This document shows, piece after piece, positions 10,490 to 20,646 of a stretch of DNA of 64,000 bases (position 1 is its first letter; each line of letters opens with the position of its first letter). Both the position numbers and the translations under genes were made by a program. The notes beneath the pieces are model-generated. The model saw only the letters and a program-made list of their open reading frames with translations, was not told where the DNA came from and ran no database searches. The stretch comes from Thermodesulfobacteriota bacterium (lineage in GTDB: Bacteria > Desulfobacterota > Desulfarculia > JACQYL01), in assembly GCA_963675595.2 (NCBI GenBank), contig CAXXLZ010000002.1:2624001-2688000 (forward strand), read 5' to 3'.

Positions 10490-11812
10490 ATGGAGAAATT
10501 CGACGTGCCAGGTGAAAAATCCCCACGCTGGATGCCTCTGATAGTCGTAGCGTTCTTTTGCTTCTCATTACTGCTCCTTCCCGGACAGACCGAGCGTTCT
10601 GAAGCGGCGTCGCGGTCTACCGGACATTCAAGGAGATACAAGCCCAAGATCGTTGATTACCAAGAACACCTCAGTCGCAATTTTAAACAACAATTACGCA
10701 AGAGCACGAAGTACATCATCGTGCACACATCCGAGGCGGGCCTGGAAAGCACCCTGCGAACGCTGACCTGCGGGAAGGTGTATAAGGGTTGTTACGTTTC
10801 CACGGGCGGACACGCAAATTACGCGGTCGCCCGAAACGGCGTTATTTACCGGACATTGGACCACAGATATCGAGCCAATCATGCGGGTCTAAGCATGTGG
10901 AACGGGAGAACGGACATCAGCTCCGTGTCCGTGGGCATCGAACTTGTCGCCTATCACTACGGAACCATCACCGACGCCCAGTATCGTTCGATGGCTTGGC
11001 TCTTGGATGTGCTTCAAGGAATCTACAAGGTCCCCGACCGAAACGTGTTGACTCATTCCCAGGTCGCCTATGGTCATCCGAACCGGTGGCACGCCCGTGA
11101 GCATCGGGGCCGCAAACGCTGCGCCAAGAACTTCGACCGTGCCAAAGCGGGTCTCGGGAACGGCTGGGAATACGATCCGGACGTCAAGAGCGGCCGGCTT
11201 GTGAAAGATCTGCATCTGGCGAAAATATTTTACTCTCCCGGCTCCGGCGGGGCCGCCTCAGAGGAGGCGATCGCTTCCAACGTAATCTCGGGGTCCAACA
11301 CCGCCTGGAATATCGCCGGAGAAGATTATAGCTCGGAAGACACCTCCTACGTGCTCCCCAACGGCAAGACGATTCGGGGAGACGAAATCGAAAAACGGTT
11401 GGGGTGGAACAGGATCCCCGTGGGAACTCGAGTGCTCCTCAACGTACCCGCCTACGAACAGGTGGAAACCGGACCGGTCAAGATATTGGAGGAAGGGAAG
11501 ACGGCCTGGAGCCTCGTGGGTCCGGACTACAGAAAACCCAGCACGTTCTATTTCCTGCCCAACGGCAAAGTGCTTCCCGGAAACCGGGTATCGGACTGGG
11601 ACAGCCTTCCCTCCCAAACCCGGATGATCAGCGGATATAGAGGGCCCTATCGGCTGGCCAGGGGTAAACATCCGGTCAAAGTGGTGGGGGACAGCTACAA
11701 AAACCAGGAAACGGTGTACCTATTTCCCAACAACAGACTTTACGCGGCCAACGAAATTCCCAATTGGACGAAAGTGCCCGTGGGGACTCGCGTTTTCGTC
11801 AGATCTAATTGA
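10490..11812 (+). CDS. Exported N-acetylmuramoyl-L-alanine amidase (Amidase_2) with three C-terminal repeats
   Basis: Hydrophobic N-terminus; IIVHT, ANHAG.S.W, SVGIELV, LTHSQVA, RKRC. Confidence 0.85.
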   Translation: MEKFDVPGEKSPRWMPLIVVAFFCFSLLLLPGQTERSEAASRSTGHSRRYKPKIVDYQEHLSRNFKQQLRKSTKYIIVHTSEAGLESTLRTLTCGKVYKGCYVSTGGHANYAVARNGVIYRTLDHRYRANHAGLSMWNGRTDISSVSVGIELVAYHYGTITDAQYRSMAWLLDVLQGIYKVPDRNVLTHSQVAYGHPNRWHAREHRGRKRCAKNFDRAKAGLGNGWEYDPDVKSGRLVKDLHLAKIFYSPGSGGAASEEAIASNVISGSNTAWNIAGEDYSSEDTSYVLPNGKTIRGDEIEKRLGWNRIPVGTRVLLNVPAYEQVETGPVKILEEGKTAWSLVGPDYRKPSTFYFLPNGKVLPGNRVSDWDSLPSQTRMISGYRGPYRLARGKHPVKVVGDSYKNQETVYLFPNNRLYAANEIPNWTKVPVGTRVFVRSN

Positions 11813-11889
11813 GTTCATCGACACGGTCCGGCACTGCCCCCCGGATCGGTTTCCCTGTGCCGGAAAATCACCCGCCCGTCTCTCTCGAA

Positions 11890-13439
11890 CTAGAGTTTAG
11901 AGCCATGCGGGGCAGCCAAGTTTGTATAGAAGAGCATAGTTCTCCAAGACGGGTTGAATACCGTTGACGTAAGGCTTTGAGATGATTGACTGAACACGGA
12001 TATCAGGCAGCGCGCCCCAAGTCTTCCGGAGAATCGGTGAATTCCGGTTGGAATTTTTTGGATTTCCGGTTCCACATGGCTCGCACGTTTAAGTTGCCGA
12101 AAAGACGACCGATGGCTGCGGCCATCCAGCCGGCGGTGGCGGGCCTGTTCTTTCTCCAAGGGATTGGAAACATCGTATAGGCCGCGTTGGGACCCAGGCA
12201 GAGCGCCAAGAGCCGTGGCAAGCCGTAGGCCAGGCACAAGATCATGCTCCATCGAGCCAATGTCTGCCGTGTCTGCTGCCAAGCATTTTTCAGTCCGAAC
12301 AGGTGCTTGATCTCGTTGAACATGGGCTCGGTCCACCATCGTCGTGCATAGCGTGTAATCACTTCCGCGCCGTCCATGTCGGGATCGGTACTGATCAGAA
12401 GATGCCAATCGGACCAAGAGGGGTTGTCGGACATAAACCGGCACCACACGATCTTGCACAACCGGCCGTCCAGGAAGCGGACTTTGGCTTTGGTTTGGTA
12501 GAACTGGAAAACTCGTTCCGAGCCGTAGGCAAAGAGGGTTTTCTCCACCGGACGACAGAATCGTCCGATGTTTTCCAACGTGAGTTTTTCCCCATACTTT
12601 CTGGGTCTGCCCCGTTTCTTCCGAGGCGGATTGTCCGGAGGCAAAAACAGGGCGGTATCTTTGCGGACTTGGCCGATGACCGTCACACCATCGCGAATCA
12701 GGGGAACCACCAGGGAGCTTTTCATATACCAGGCATCGAGCAGCAGAATAATGAGAAAGCGATCCGGCAGCCAAGTCATGAGAACGGACATCAAGAGCCG
12801 CGCCGCGTCCAGTTTGGTGGTGTTCCCTTTTTTGCGGATGAGCCGAAACAAGAGGGGAAACGCGGCTACCCGGCCCTTGTGGCGGCAGATGACAGCCAGA
12901 GAAACCCGAAGCTGTCCCCACAGGAATTTGGGGCGGTTGGGCCGGTGCGCGTGATCGTAATGCCAACCGGCGCAGGGAGCTTTCTTGGACGATCTGGGCA
13001 AAGGGAAGTCGTCTATGGCGAACTCGATGGATCGGTTTGGAATCCGTTTCAGGATCAGGCGCATCCATTGCCGGGCTAGCGCAAGCCATTGGAATCGGCC
13101 CTTTTCGATGGCCTTGTAATAGGCGGTCCAGGACAACTGGGGCCGAACGGCCAGAAGCGCGGAAGAAATATGGCCGCCGCGGCAGACCATACATCCCATC
13201 AGGAGTTCCAGAAGAGTCGGAGCTATTCTGCACGGAACGGCCTGAAATAGAAAGGAAATCCACTGCGATAGGAGCATAAGTGCTTGAGCCGTCGAATCCA
13301 TTGGTTGACCCCCAAGGAAAGGTTTCTTTCCTTAAAGGGCCGCCAAAGGCGGCCGCGCATCCGCGCGGCAATGTCAAGTACTTTGTTGTCTTTATTCGCA
13401 TTTTTCCTATACCAAGGGTCGCCAGACTCTAAACTCTAG
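11890..13439 (-). mobile_element. Complete DDE insertion sequence (IS701/IS4-like), 1550 bp
   Basis: 13-bp terminal IRs CTAGAGTTTAGAG; 9-bp target duplication TCTCTCGAA at 11881-11889 and 13440-13448. Confidence 0.92.
12003..13301 (-). CDS. DDE transposase (IS701-like)
   Basis: AIDD, LLDAWY, Y..RW..E..F...K signature. Confidence 0.88.
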   Translation of the reverse strand: MDSTAQALMLLSQWISFLFQAVPCRIAPTLLELLMGCMVCRGGHISSALLAVRPQLSWTAYYKAIEKGRFQWLALARQWMRLILKRIPNRSIEFAIDDFPLPRSSKKAPCAGWHYDHAHRPNRPKFLWGQLRVSLAVICRHKGRVAAFPLLFRLIRKKGNTTKLDAARLLMSVLMTWLPDRFLIILLLDAWYMKSSLVVPLIRDGVTVIGQVRKDTALFLPPDNPPRKKRGRPRKYGEKLTLENIGRFCRPVEKTLFAYGSERVFQFYQTKAKVRFLDGRLCKIVWCRFMSDNPSWSDWHLLISTDPDMDGAEVITRYARRWWTEPMFNEIKHLFGLKNAWQQTRQTLARWSMILCLAYGLPRLLALCLGPNAAYTMFPIPWRKNRPATAGWMAAAIGRLFGNLNVRAMWNRKSKKFQPEFTDSPEDLGRAA

Positions 13440-13557
13440 TCTCTCGAATACGAGAAGAAATTCCAAGTGCACCCCGGCCGTCTTTTTTTGTATCCCCCGC
13501 GGATTCCCCGGCTCAATACTCCTTAAACCCTTTACATAATTCAGGAGGCGTATACGC

Positions 13558-13932
13558 ATGAGCGAGGAAAAGAAAGACAAACTTATGTTCATCGTCACGG
13601 CGGCGGAAGAGAAACCGGACCATTGCACCATTCCCTTCGTGCTGGCCAACGCCGCTTTCGCCATGGACGCCGAGGCGCACATTGTCCTCCAGGCTACCGC
13701 GGTCTATCTGGCCATGAAGGGGTACGCCCGACACGTTCACGCCGGCGGACTGCCGCCGTTGTCGGAACTCCTCGACGCCTACATTGAGGCCGGGGGAAAA
13801 CTCCTCGTGTGCAGTCCCTGCATTCAGGCGCGTATGATTGCTCCGGAGGACCTCATCGAAGGAGCGGAAGTTGTGGCGGCCGCCACGTTGATCGATTTGA
13901 TGCTGGAAGTGAAGAACGTCATTACCTATTAA
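13558..13932 (+). CDS. DsrE/DsrF-like protein
   Basis: IPFVLANAA...GGKLLVCSPC..AR....EDLIEGAEV; AGGAGG RBS. Confidence 0.85.
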   Translation: MSEEKKDKLMFIVTAAEEKPDHCTIPFVLANAAFAMDAEAHIVLQATAVYLAMKGYARHVHAGGLPPLSELLDAYIEAGGKLLVCSPCIQARMIAPEDLIEGAEVVAAATLIDLMLEVKNVITY

Positions 13933-14086
13933 GGTCGTCGGCTGCTTTCCGGTCGTTCATCGAAGCCCCTGCGGCCGTCAGGGCCGAAGGGGTCGATTCC
14001 TTTCGCGTTGGGCGTAATATTCGCACTCAGGCGAAGTTTCGCCCGGCGCCGACAGGGGGGAGAGCGGATTCTCCTTCCGCCCGGGC

Positions 14087-14881
14087 TTACTGCATTTCCT
14101 GCTTGCGTCTTTCCAGCACGTCCGACTGAACAGCCAAAGTCCGTTCCCCGAACAAGGCGAACCGCAGCCAGCGAAACGCGAATTCCAGCAACGCCTCTTC
14201 GTTGTTTCTTAAGTTCTCCACGTCGCCGGGATCCAACACGAAAGTCCGCAGAAAGGAGCTCTCGAAGACAAATTTACGGAAAGCGTCCAGGTTGTATGAA
14301 GCCATATAGAACATCTGTCTTTTTCGCGTATCCGTTTCGCCGGAGCTCCGCTTCAACTCCCGAGTGACGATGTCCATCCACTGGTCGTTAAGTCGATGGT
14401 AAGGCTCCAGTCCCTGATCCGAAGTCCAGGACTCCACGGACCATTCTTTGGATTCATCGAACCCCCGACAGTGTTTTTCCCTGACCACGAAAAACCGCTC
14501 AATCACATGTCCCGGACCCGCGCCTCGAGCCGTAGCCCGACCCAAGGGATAGATTCGACATGCGGAAGGTCGATCCTCATAGAGTCTACAGCCTTCCTCG
14601 GTGACGAACGGGCAGGGCCTTCCCTCGCCTTCGGTCATACGAAGGCGCAATCGGGGGTATCCGTGGGCACTTTCCCGATCCTCGACCGGCTCCGTAAACC
14701 GGTCCAGGAATTCCTCGCACGTCAGATCCAAGCGGTTTTTCAGTCGTAAGATATCATATGGCGTCAGCACCAGATTGAGGTCGGCGCAACATTCCGTGAA
14801 GCATGGTACCCCGGGGTGGCATTGGAAACGAAAACGCCGGTTCTCCAAAGGTTCGAAACGGGCCTCCTGCGTTTCCTTCAT
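14087..14881 (-). CDS. YkgJ-family Cys-cluster protein, copy 2
   Basis: FQC.PGVPCFTECC, LTPYD, CPF....C..YEDRP.ACR.YPL, C.GF. Confidence 0.85.
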   Translation of the reverse strand: MKETQEARFEPLENRRFRFQCHPGVPCFTECCADLNLVLTPYDILRLKNRLDLTCEEFLDRFTEPVEDRESAHGYPRLRLRMTEGEGRPCPFVTEEGCRLYEDRPSACRIYPLGRATARGAGPGHVIERFFVVREKHCRGFDESKEWSVESWTSDQGLEPYHRLNDQWMDIVTRELKRSSGETDTRKRQMFYMASYNLDAFRKFVFESSFLRTFVLDPGDVENLRNNEEALLEFAFRWLRFALFGERTLAVQSDVLERRKQEMQ

Positions 14882-15660
14882 GATATCTCCTCGCCCTCAA
14901 CCAACGCCCCCTCAGGGGGAGCCACGCCCGGGCGAAGCTTGAAGTACGGATCTCCGAACAATCCGAACCGAATCCAGCGTACTCCGAACTTCAACAACTC
15001 GATATCATTGTCCCGAATAAGCTCCTGCGTCGCCTCATCCACATCAAACCGCTCAAAAAACGAAGTTGCGAAGAGAAAGTCCCGAAATGTGTCCAAATCG
15101 TACAACGCCATATAAATCATACGGCTGATTTTCTCGTTGTCTACGTCCAGTTCCTTCAGTCCGGGATGTCCCGTGATCTCCTCGAAAAACCGTTCCATCT
15201 CCTTGTATACCAGCACCCCCTGGTCTACCAAGTAGTCCGAAACCTGGTATTTGTGCTGCTGCTCAAACCCCTTGCACAGGCTATGCTCGGCAATGACCCG
15301 GTAGGACACGGGACCGCATTGATCCAAAGGAAACATCCTGCAAGACCAAGGCCGGTCTTCGTAGACCAAGCATCCCGTTTCTTCCGAAACGAGAGGGCAG
15401 AGCTTCTTCTCATCCTCTCCCATACGCAGCACGACAAGCGGCACGACACCCATGCCCGCCTTCAGGGTTCTCACATGCTTCTCCAAGAAATCCCCGGAAC
15501 GAAGATTCAGTCGATTCTTCATGCGGATAACGTCATAAGGGGTGAGGAAAATTGTCACGTCGCGACAGCATTTGGTGAAGCACGACACCTCTGGTCCGCA
15601 TTTGAACTGAAATTGATCGTTTACGTGAAGCACGTTTTCGGTTTTTTTTCCATCCGTCAT
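14878..15660 (-). CDS. YkgJ-family Cys-cluster protein, copy 1
   Basis: FKC.PEVSCFTKCC, LTPYD, CPL.....C..YEDRP.SCR.FPL; ATG 15660 preferred; 4-bp overlap with copy 2. Confidence 0.85.
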   Translation of the reverse strand: MTDGKKTENVLHVNDQFQFKCGPEVSCFTKCCRDVTIFLTPYDVIRMKNRLNLRSGDFLEKHVRTLKAGMGVVPLVVLRMGEDEKKLCPLVSEETGCLVYEDRPWSCRMFPLDQCGPVSYRVIAEHSLCKGFEQQHKYQVSDYLVDQGVLVYKEMERFFEEITGHPGLKELDVDNEKISRMIYMALYDLDTFRDFLFATSFFERFDVDEATQELIRDNDIELLKFGVRWIRFGLFGDPYFKLRPGVAPPEGALVEGEEIS

Positions 15661-15972
15661 GTTCTTGTCCTTGGTCGGAAATCCGGCCGTTGCCGAAGGT
15701 TCCGAAGTTCGGTCCGTGTTATCGAAAGAAAGGAACTGTTGCAGAGCGCCGGTTCCGGCGGCGGGACCCATTTGGGTTCCGAATCCCTATTGGGCAAAAT
15801 GTGTGATAATAAGCAAGCGGGGAGCCTTCAGTCAACCTCTGCTCATCCGGTCGTGCCCTTTGCCAATTGACCGCATCAAGCTTCCGTGCTATGAATCCGC
15901 AATCCTTAACAGCCGTTAAGACAGGCTTGTGTAGAGCCTGTATAGGATTACGTCTCTTCCGGAGGAATCCAG

Positions 15973-17868
15973 ATGCTCAGCTTGATGCGAAAACACGCAA
16001 CGTCGTGGCTTATCAAAACCTTTATGGCCATCATCGCAGTCGTCTTTGTCTTTTGGGGAGTCGGCAGCTTCCGAGATCAGAAGGCCAACAAGTACGCCGA
16101 AGTCAACGGTGAGGTGATCACGGCCACCGAAGTTTCCCAAGTGTACCAGAACCTTCTTCAGAACATTCGGCGACAATATGGGGAAAAGCTTACGCCCGAG
16201 CTGATCGCACAGCTGAAGCTTGAAGATCAGGCCCTCGATCGGATCATTGAAGGCCGCCTGATCATTGAAGAAGCCGATCGGCTTCACTTGAAAGTCACGG
16301 ATGCCGAGGTCCAAGAAAAAATCCAGGAGTATCCCCTTTTCCAGGAAAACGGCCATTTCGACCAGGATCGATACTTCCGGCTTCTCTCCGCCAACAGAAT
16401 CACTCCGGCCGAATTCGAGATGGATCAACGGCGGTCCATCCTGACCGAAAGGCTTAGGCAAGTAGTTTCCTCGACCGTGGTCGTCGGCGAAAGCGAGGCG
16501 CTGGAGCGGTTCCGATTCGAAAAGGAAGAAGCCGTGGTCGACGTTGTAAATTTCGATTCCGAACGATACCTCACCAACGTCAACCCCACCACAGAGGAAG
16601 TATCCGCTTATTTCGAAAAGAACAAACAACGGTACGCTCTTCCTGAGAAGTCCCGCATCGGGTACGTGCTCTATCGGCCTGAAGCATTCACGGACCTCAT
16701 CCGATTAAGCCCCCAAGAAATCGAAGACTACTATAACGGCCATTTGGACGACTTCCAGCGAGAGAAGGAAGTGCGGGCCCGCCATATTCTTTTCAAGGTA
16801 CCCAAGGGAGCCTCCCCCGCAGAGGACGAGGCGGTCCGCAACAAGGCATTGGAAGTGCTCAAGAAGATACGGGACGGAGGCGCCGATTTCGCTGAAACGG
16901 CCCGAGCCGTTTCCGAAGGCCCTTCGGCGCCCAAAGGCGGCGATCTCGGATTCTTTCGCAAGGGAGACATGGTAAAGCCCTTCGAAGATGCCGCCTTCAG
17001 CATGAAACCCGGAGAAATCAGGGGACCGGTGAAAACCGAGTTCGGCTACCATTTGATCAAGGTCGAAGAGGTAAAGGATGCGAGGGCCGAGCCTTTGGAC
17101 GAGGTCAAAGGGCGCATCGAAGAAATCGTCAAGACGGAACAAGCCAGGGATCTCGCTTTTGAGGCGGCGGAAGACGATGTGGATCAGGCGATTCAGGGCA
17201 CAAGTCTCAAGAAACTGGCCGAGGCGAGAGGGCTTGAATACAAGGAATCCGAACCTTTCACTGCGGACGGCACCCTCCCCGGACTCCAGGATTTCAAAGA
17301 CATCACTTCCACGGCCTTCTCGCTTAGCCCCGGCGAGATCGGCCCCCTCATGACCACGAGCAACGCCGCTCTGGTTTTCACTCTCATCGAAAAGCAGCCT
17401 TCGGAAGTACCGCCTTTGGATGAGATACGAAAACAAGTTTCGGAGGATCTCGCCAAGAGCTTGGCTCGGGAACAAGCGGAAGCGGCCGCCGTCAAATTCC
17501 TCAAGGAAGTGGAAGAAGGAAAAGATTACACGGTTGCGGCGTATGCCGGAGGGCTCGAAATCAAACAATACGGCCCATTTCAAAGACGGGGCGCCATCGA
17601 AGACCTCGGATACGTTCCCGATCTCAATCGGGCGGTTTTCGCCTTAGGTCGGGAGAGGGGCGTTGTACCCGAACCCGTCAAATACCAGGGAAGATTCCTC
17701 GCAGTCCGTCTTGTCTCCATCAAATATCCGGAGAAGAGCGCGTTTGAAACCGAGAAGAAGGAGTACATGGACCGCTTATTGGCGATGAAACAGGCCCAGC
17801 GATTCCAGGGATGGATTGAAGCCCTCAAAAAACGTGCGCAGATAGAAGTTTTCAAAGGCAGGAGTTGA
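15973..17868 (+). CDS. ppiD: PpiD-like membrane-anchored parvulin PPIase/chaperone
   Basis: N-terminal TM anchor, SurA-like domain, VRARHILF...GGDLGFF...FGYHLI. Confidence 0.9.
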   Translation: MLSLMRKHATSWLIKTFMAIIAVVFVFWGVGSFRDQKANKYAEVNGEVITATEVSQVYQNLLQNIRRQYGEKLTPELIAQLKLEDQALDRIIEGRLIIEEADRLHLKVTDAEVQEKIQEYPLFQENGHFDQDRYFRLLSANRITPAEFEMDQRRSILTERLRQVVSSTVVVGESEALERFRFEKEEAVVDVVNFDSERYLTNVNPTTEEVSAYFEKNKQRYALPEKSRIGYVLYRPEAFTDLIRLSPQEIEDYYNGHLDDFQREKEVRARHILFKVPKGASPAEDEAVRNKALEVLKKIRDGGADFAETARAVSEGPSAPKGGDLGFFRKGDMVKPFEDAAFSMKPGEIRGPVKTEFGYHLIKVEEVKDARAEPLDEVKGRIEEIVKTEQARDLAFEAAEDDVDQAIQGTSLKKLAEARGLEYKESEPFTADGTLPGLQDFKDITSTAFSLSPGEIGPLMTTSNAALVFTLIEKQPSEVPPLDEIRKQVSEDLAKSLAREQAEAAAVKFLKEVEEGKDYTVAAYAGGLEIKQYGPFQRRGAIEDLGYVPDLNRAVFALGRERGVVPEPVKYQGRFLAVRLVSIKYPEKSAFETEKKEYMDRLLAMKQAQRFQGWIEALKKRAQIEVFKGRS

Positions 17869-17968
17869 GGGGACCGTTTCTTGACAGGTTCGAGCCTAGT
17901 GATTACGGTGAGTCAGCGCTCAAATGTACTCACGGACCACCACGCGACCTTGCTCAGAGAAACCGATC

Positions 17969-18943
17969 ATGCCGAAGGACTACTACCAGACACTGGGGGT
18001 GTCTCGTAACGCATCCCCGGAAGAAATAAAAAAGGCCTACCGCAAGCTTGCCCTGAAGTATCACCCGGACAGGAACCGCGAGGACCCCAAAGCCGAAGAA
18101 ATGTTCAAAGAGGCGAACGAAGCCTACGCGGTTTTGGGTGACGCTGAGAAGAGGAAACAATACGATACGTTCGGAGCGGCCGGCTTCCAGCAGCGCTACT
18201 CGCAAGAAGACATTTTTCGCGGATTCGACGTCGGCGATCTTTTTAAAGAGTTCGGCTTTGGAACGGGGGACATTTTCGGCCGCATTTTCAGCGGAGCCAG
18301 GTCTCCCGGAGGTTTCCGAACTTACCGCACCGGTCCTGGACCCGAAAGGCAGGGATTCGACTTCGAGGGTGTTTTCGGACATGGAGCGGGAGGGCAGGGA
18401 TTTCAACAACGATCCCTCAGAGGACAGGACCTTACCTATGAACTGCCTCTGACCCTGGAAGAGATCGCGGAAGGCGGCTCCAAAGTCATTGGGTTTCATC
18501 TCAAGGACGGTTCTTCCGAAAGGGTATCGGTCAAGATCCCCGTAGGAATCGAGGACGGGAAAAGACTCCGCGTGACGGGCAAAGGAGAGCCCGGACCCCA
18601 CGGGGGCGTCCGAGGCGACCTGTATATCAAAATCAAATCTTCTCCCCATTCGGTCTTCGAGCGGTCCGGCAAGGATATTCTGGTACGACAGGAAATTCCC
18701 TTCAGCCTCGCAGCCTTGGGAGGCTCCACCAGCGTGCCCACGCTGTCGGGCAAGACCGTGAATCTCAAGATTCCGGCCGGAACGATTTCACACACCAAAC
18801 TGCGGTTGAAAGGGCACGGATTGCCTTCTATGAACGGCGGCGGGCGGGGAGACCAGTACGTGCAGGTAATTATCTCCGTTCCAAAAAAGCTTTCGAGGAG
18901 CCAGAAACGACTGCTCCAGGAACTCGCCGAAGAGCATTTGTGA
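17969..18943 (+). CDS. DnaJ-class co-chaperone without zinc finger (CbpA-like)
   Basis: DYY..LGV, YHPD, G/F-rich linker, GDLYI C-domain, no CxxCxGxG repeats. Confidence 0.92.
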   Translation: MPKDYYQTLGVSRNASPEEIKKAYRKLALKYHPDRNREDPKAEEMFKEANEAYAVLGDAEKRKQYDTFGAAGFQQRYSQEDIFRGFDVGDLFKEFGFGTGDIFGRIFSGARSPGGFRTYRTGPGPERQGFDFEGVFGHGAGGQGFQQRSLRGQDLTYELPLTLEEIAEGGSKVIGFHLKDGSSERVSVKIPVGIEDGKRLRVTGKGEPGPHGGVRGDLYIKIKSSPHSVFERSGKDILVRQEIPFSLAALGGSTSVPTLSGKTVNLKIPAGTISHTKLRLKGHGLPSMNGGGRGDQYVQVIISVPKKLSRSQKRLLQELAEEHL

Positions 18944-19000
18944 GGCTTTGAGGGCCGACATCTGGAATCGCTTCCCGACCATGGACACACGTCCGACCCG

Positions 19001-19666
19001 CTGACCGGCCCGAAGCCGGACGCGGTTCTTCGAATTGCGGCCGAAGAGTACAGATTCCTGCTGAGCCGAGGTTATCCCCGGGATGCTTCCCTTACTCTGG
19101 TAGGCAATCGGCATGCGCTCTCTCTTGAGCGACGGCAACTGCTCAGACGTGCGGTGGTTTCCAGTGAAGCCGCTGCAAGCCGCAAAAGCAAACTCCGCTT
19201 TCTGAATGAGCTTGCAGGCGGGACCCTTGCGATCGACGGCTTCAACGTGCTGATTACTCTGGAGGAAATTCTGAGGGGAAGCCCCCTTGTTCTCGCTGAT
19301 GACGGTGTGGTTCGGGATATCTCAGGCCTTTCCTCCGCTTATCGTCCCGATCCGGAAGGTCGCACGGGCGAAGCCTTTGATCTGATCTTTTCCGCACTTG
19401 ATGAAGCGGGTCCTCAAAAGGTGTTCTTCGGATTTGAAAAAAACATGAGCGGGAGTGGAATACTCACCACCCATGTCCGTGAGCGTTTGAATGCCAGCGC
19501 CATCCGGGGGGACGCATCCACTCTTCAATCCGTCATCAAGACTCTTCCGTTTTTCGGCGACGTTATCGTCTCCGGAAACTCCGCACTGCTGGATCGCGCC
19601 GATCATGTATTCGATCTCGCGGGATTCTTGGCTCGCCGCAAGGGAGTCCTTCCCCAACCATTTTGA
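19001..19666 (+). CDS. DUF434-like protein (PIN/NYN-like); start codon uncertain
   Basis: Frame extends upstream of the ORF-track start: AAEEYRFLLSRGYPRDASLTLVGNRH, then AIDGFNVLIT and DG.VRDIS; only a CTG at 19001 (or 18962) is available. Confidence 0.7.
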   Translation: MTGPKPDAVLRIAAEEYRFLLSRGYPRDASLTLVGNRHALSLERRQLLRRAVVSSEAAASRKSKLRFLNELAGGTLAIDGFNVLITLEEILRGSPLVLADDGVVRDISGLSSAYRPDPEGRTGEAFDLIFSALDEAGPQKVFFGFEKNMSGSGILTTHVRERLNASAIRGDASTLQSVIKTLPFFGDVIVSGNSALLDRADHVFDLAGFLARRKGVLPQPF

Positions 19667-19704
19667 ATGAATTCAGCAGCCCCGATTTTTCCCGGAGGTA
19701 CTGA

Positions 19705-20028
19705 ATGAAATATTTCAACCTATTCGATCCACCGTCTTCCACGCTCGATGAAGAGCGGTTTGAGACCCTCGTGCGCGGCGAGGGCATCTTGATTGAGAGA
19801 ATCCTGTCCAAGGGCCGGGCAACCCCCGAAAATCAATGGTACGACCAGGAACGCGACGAATGGGTCGCCGTGTTGCAGGGAGAAGCGATCCTCACCTATG
19901 ACGACGGGCGTTCGCTGCACCTCGGCCCGGGCGATCACGTGTTGATCCCCGCCCATACCCGACATCGCGTGGAGTGGACAAGCACGGAGCCCGTCTGCAT
20001 CTGGATCGCCGTTCATACTCATCTATGA
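19705..20028 (+). CDS. Cupin-domain protein
   Basis: IERILS.G...WYDQ..DEWV...IPAH.RHRVEWT. Confidence 0.85.
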   Translation: MKYFNLFDPPSSTLDEERFETLVRGEGILIERILSKGRATPENQWYDQERDEWVAVLQGEAILTYDDGRSLHLGPGDHVLIPAHTRHRVEWTSTEPVCIWIAVHTHL

Positions 20029-20100
20029 TGTGAGCCAAGCGCCCACGTTCATGCCTCTCTCTCCCCCACCGAACGCAGGCTCGTGCCGGAAAGGATCTCC

Positions 20101-20646
20101 ATGAAACTGCTCATAGGCTGCCTCATCGTCTTCTTCCTTCTGTGGGATTTGTTCTGGATGTTTTTGGGGATCAATCCAATGCCCCCCTGGCAGCTTGCCG
20201 GCCGCTTGAAGAGCTCGGCCGATCCCCCCGTGCTGTTGGACGTCAGGACCGCAACGGAATACAAGTGGTTCCATATTAAAGGCGCCCGAAATACTCCCGA
20301 ACTGTTTTTCAACATTGACGCTCTTCGAGGCGTGCCCAAGGACTCCCCCATCGTGGTGATCTGCATGTCCGGACACCGATCCGAGATTGTGGCGTACCTC
20401 CTCAAACGTGAGGGTTACGGCAATGTGAGCAACCTCACCTGGGGGATGCTCGGTTGGAAGCTTCTAGGTAAAAAGACCGTTTCAGGGGAAACCCCCGAAC
20501 CGGACACCATGCTCCGGGAGGCGTTTCGCGGCGTCCGTTCCCCTGCCCGAATTGTTCGGGCTGGAACCGCAACGAGGGAACAATCTTGCAGAGCCGAATC
20601 GGAAGCCTGCGGGACTCCGAAACTTTGGAGGGCGACATGGATTTAA
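20101..20646 (+). CDS. Membrane-anchored rhodanese-like protein
   Basis: TM segment, LLDVR...EY...HI.GA, VICMSGHRS, GM.GW. Confidence 0.8.
   Translation: MKLLIGCLIVFFLLWDLFWMFLGINPMPPWQLAGRLKSSADPPVLLDVRTATEYKWFHIKGARNTPELFFNIDALRGVPKDSPIVVICMSGHRSEIVAYLLKREGYGNVSNLTWGMLGWKLLGKKTVSGETPEPDTMLREAFRGVRSPARIVRAGTATREQSCRAESEACGTPKLWRATWI

Noticed and set aside
11890-13401. 503-aa ORF spanning the IS701-like element
   Set aside because: Alternative frame over the transposase, Arg/Pro/Ser-rich with no motifs.
18941-18990. Selenocysteine read-through of the dnaJ UGA
   Set aside because: No convincing SECIS hairpin, and the position is the normal DnaJ C-terminus.
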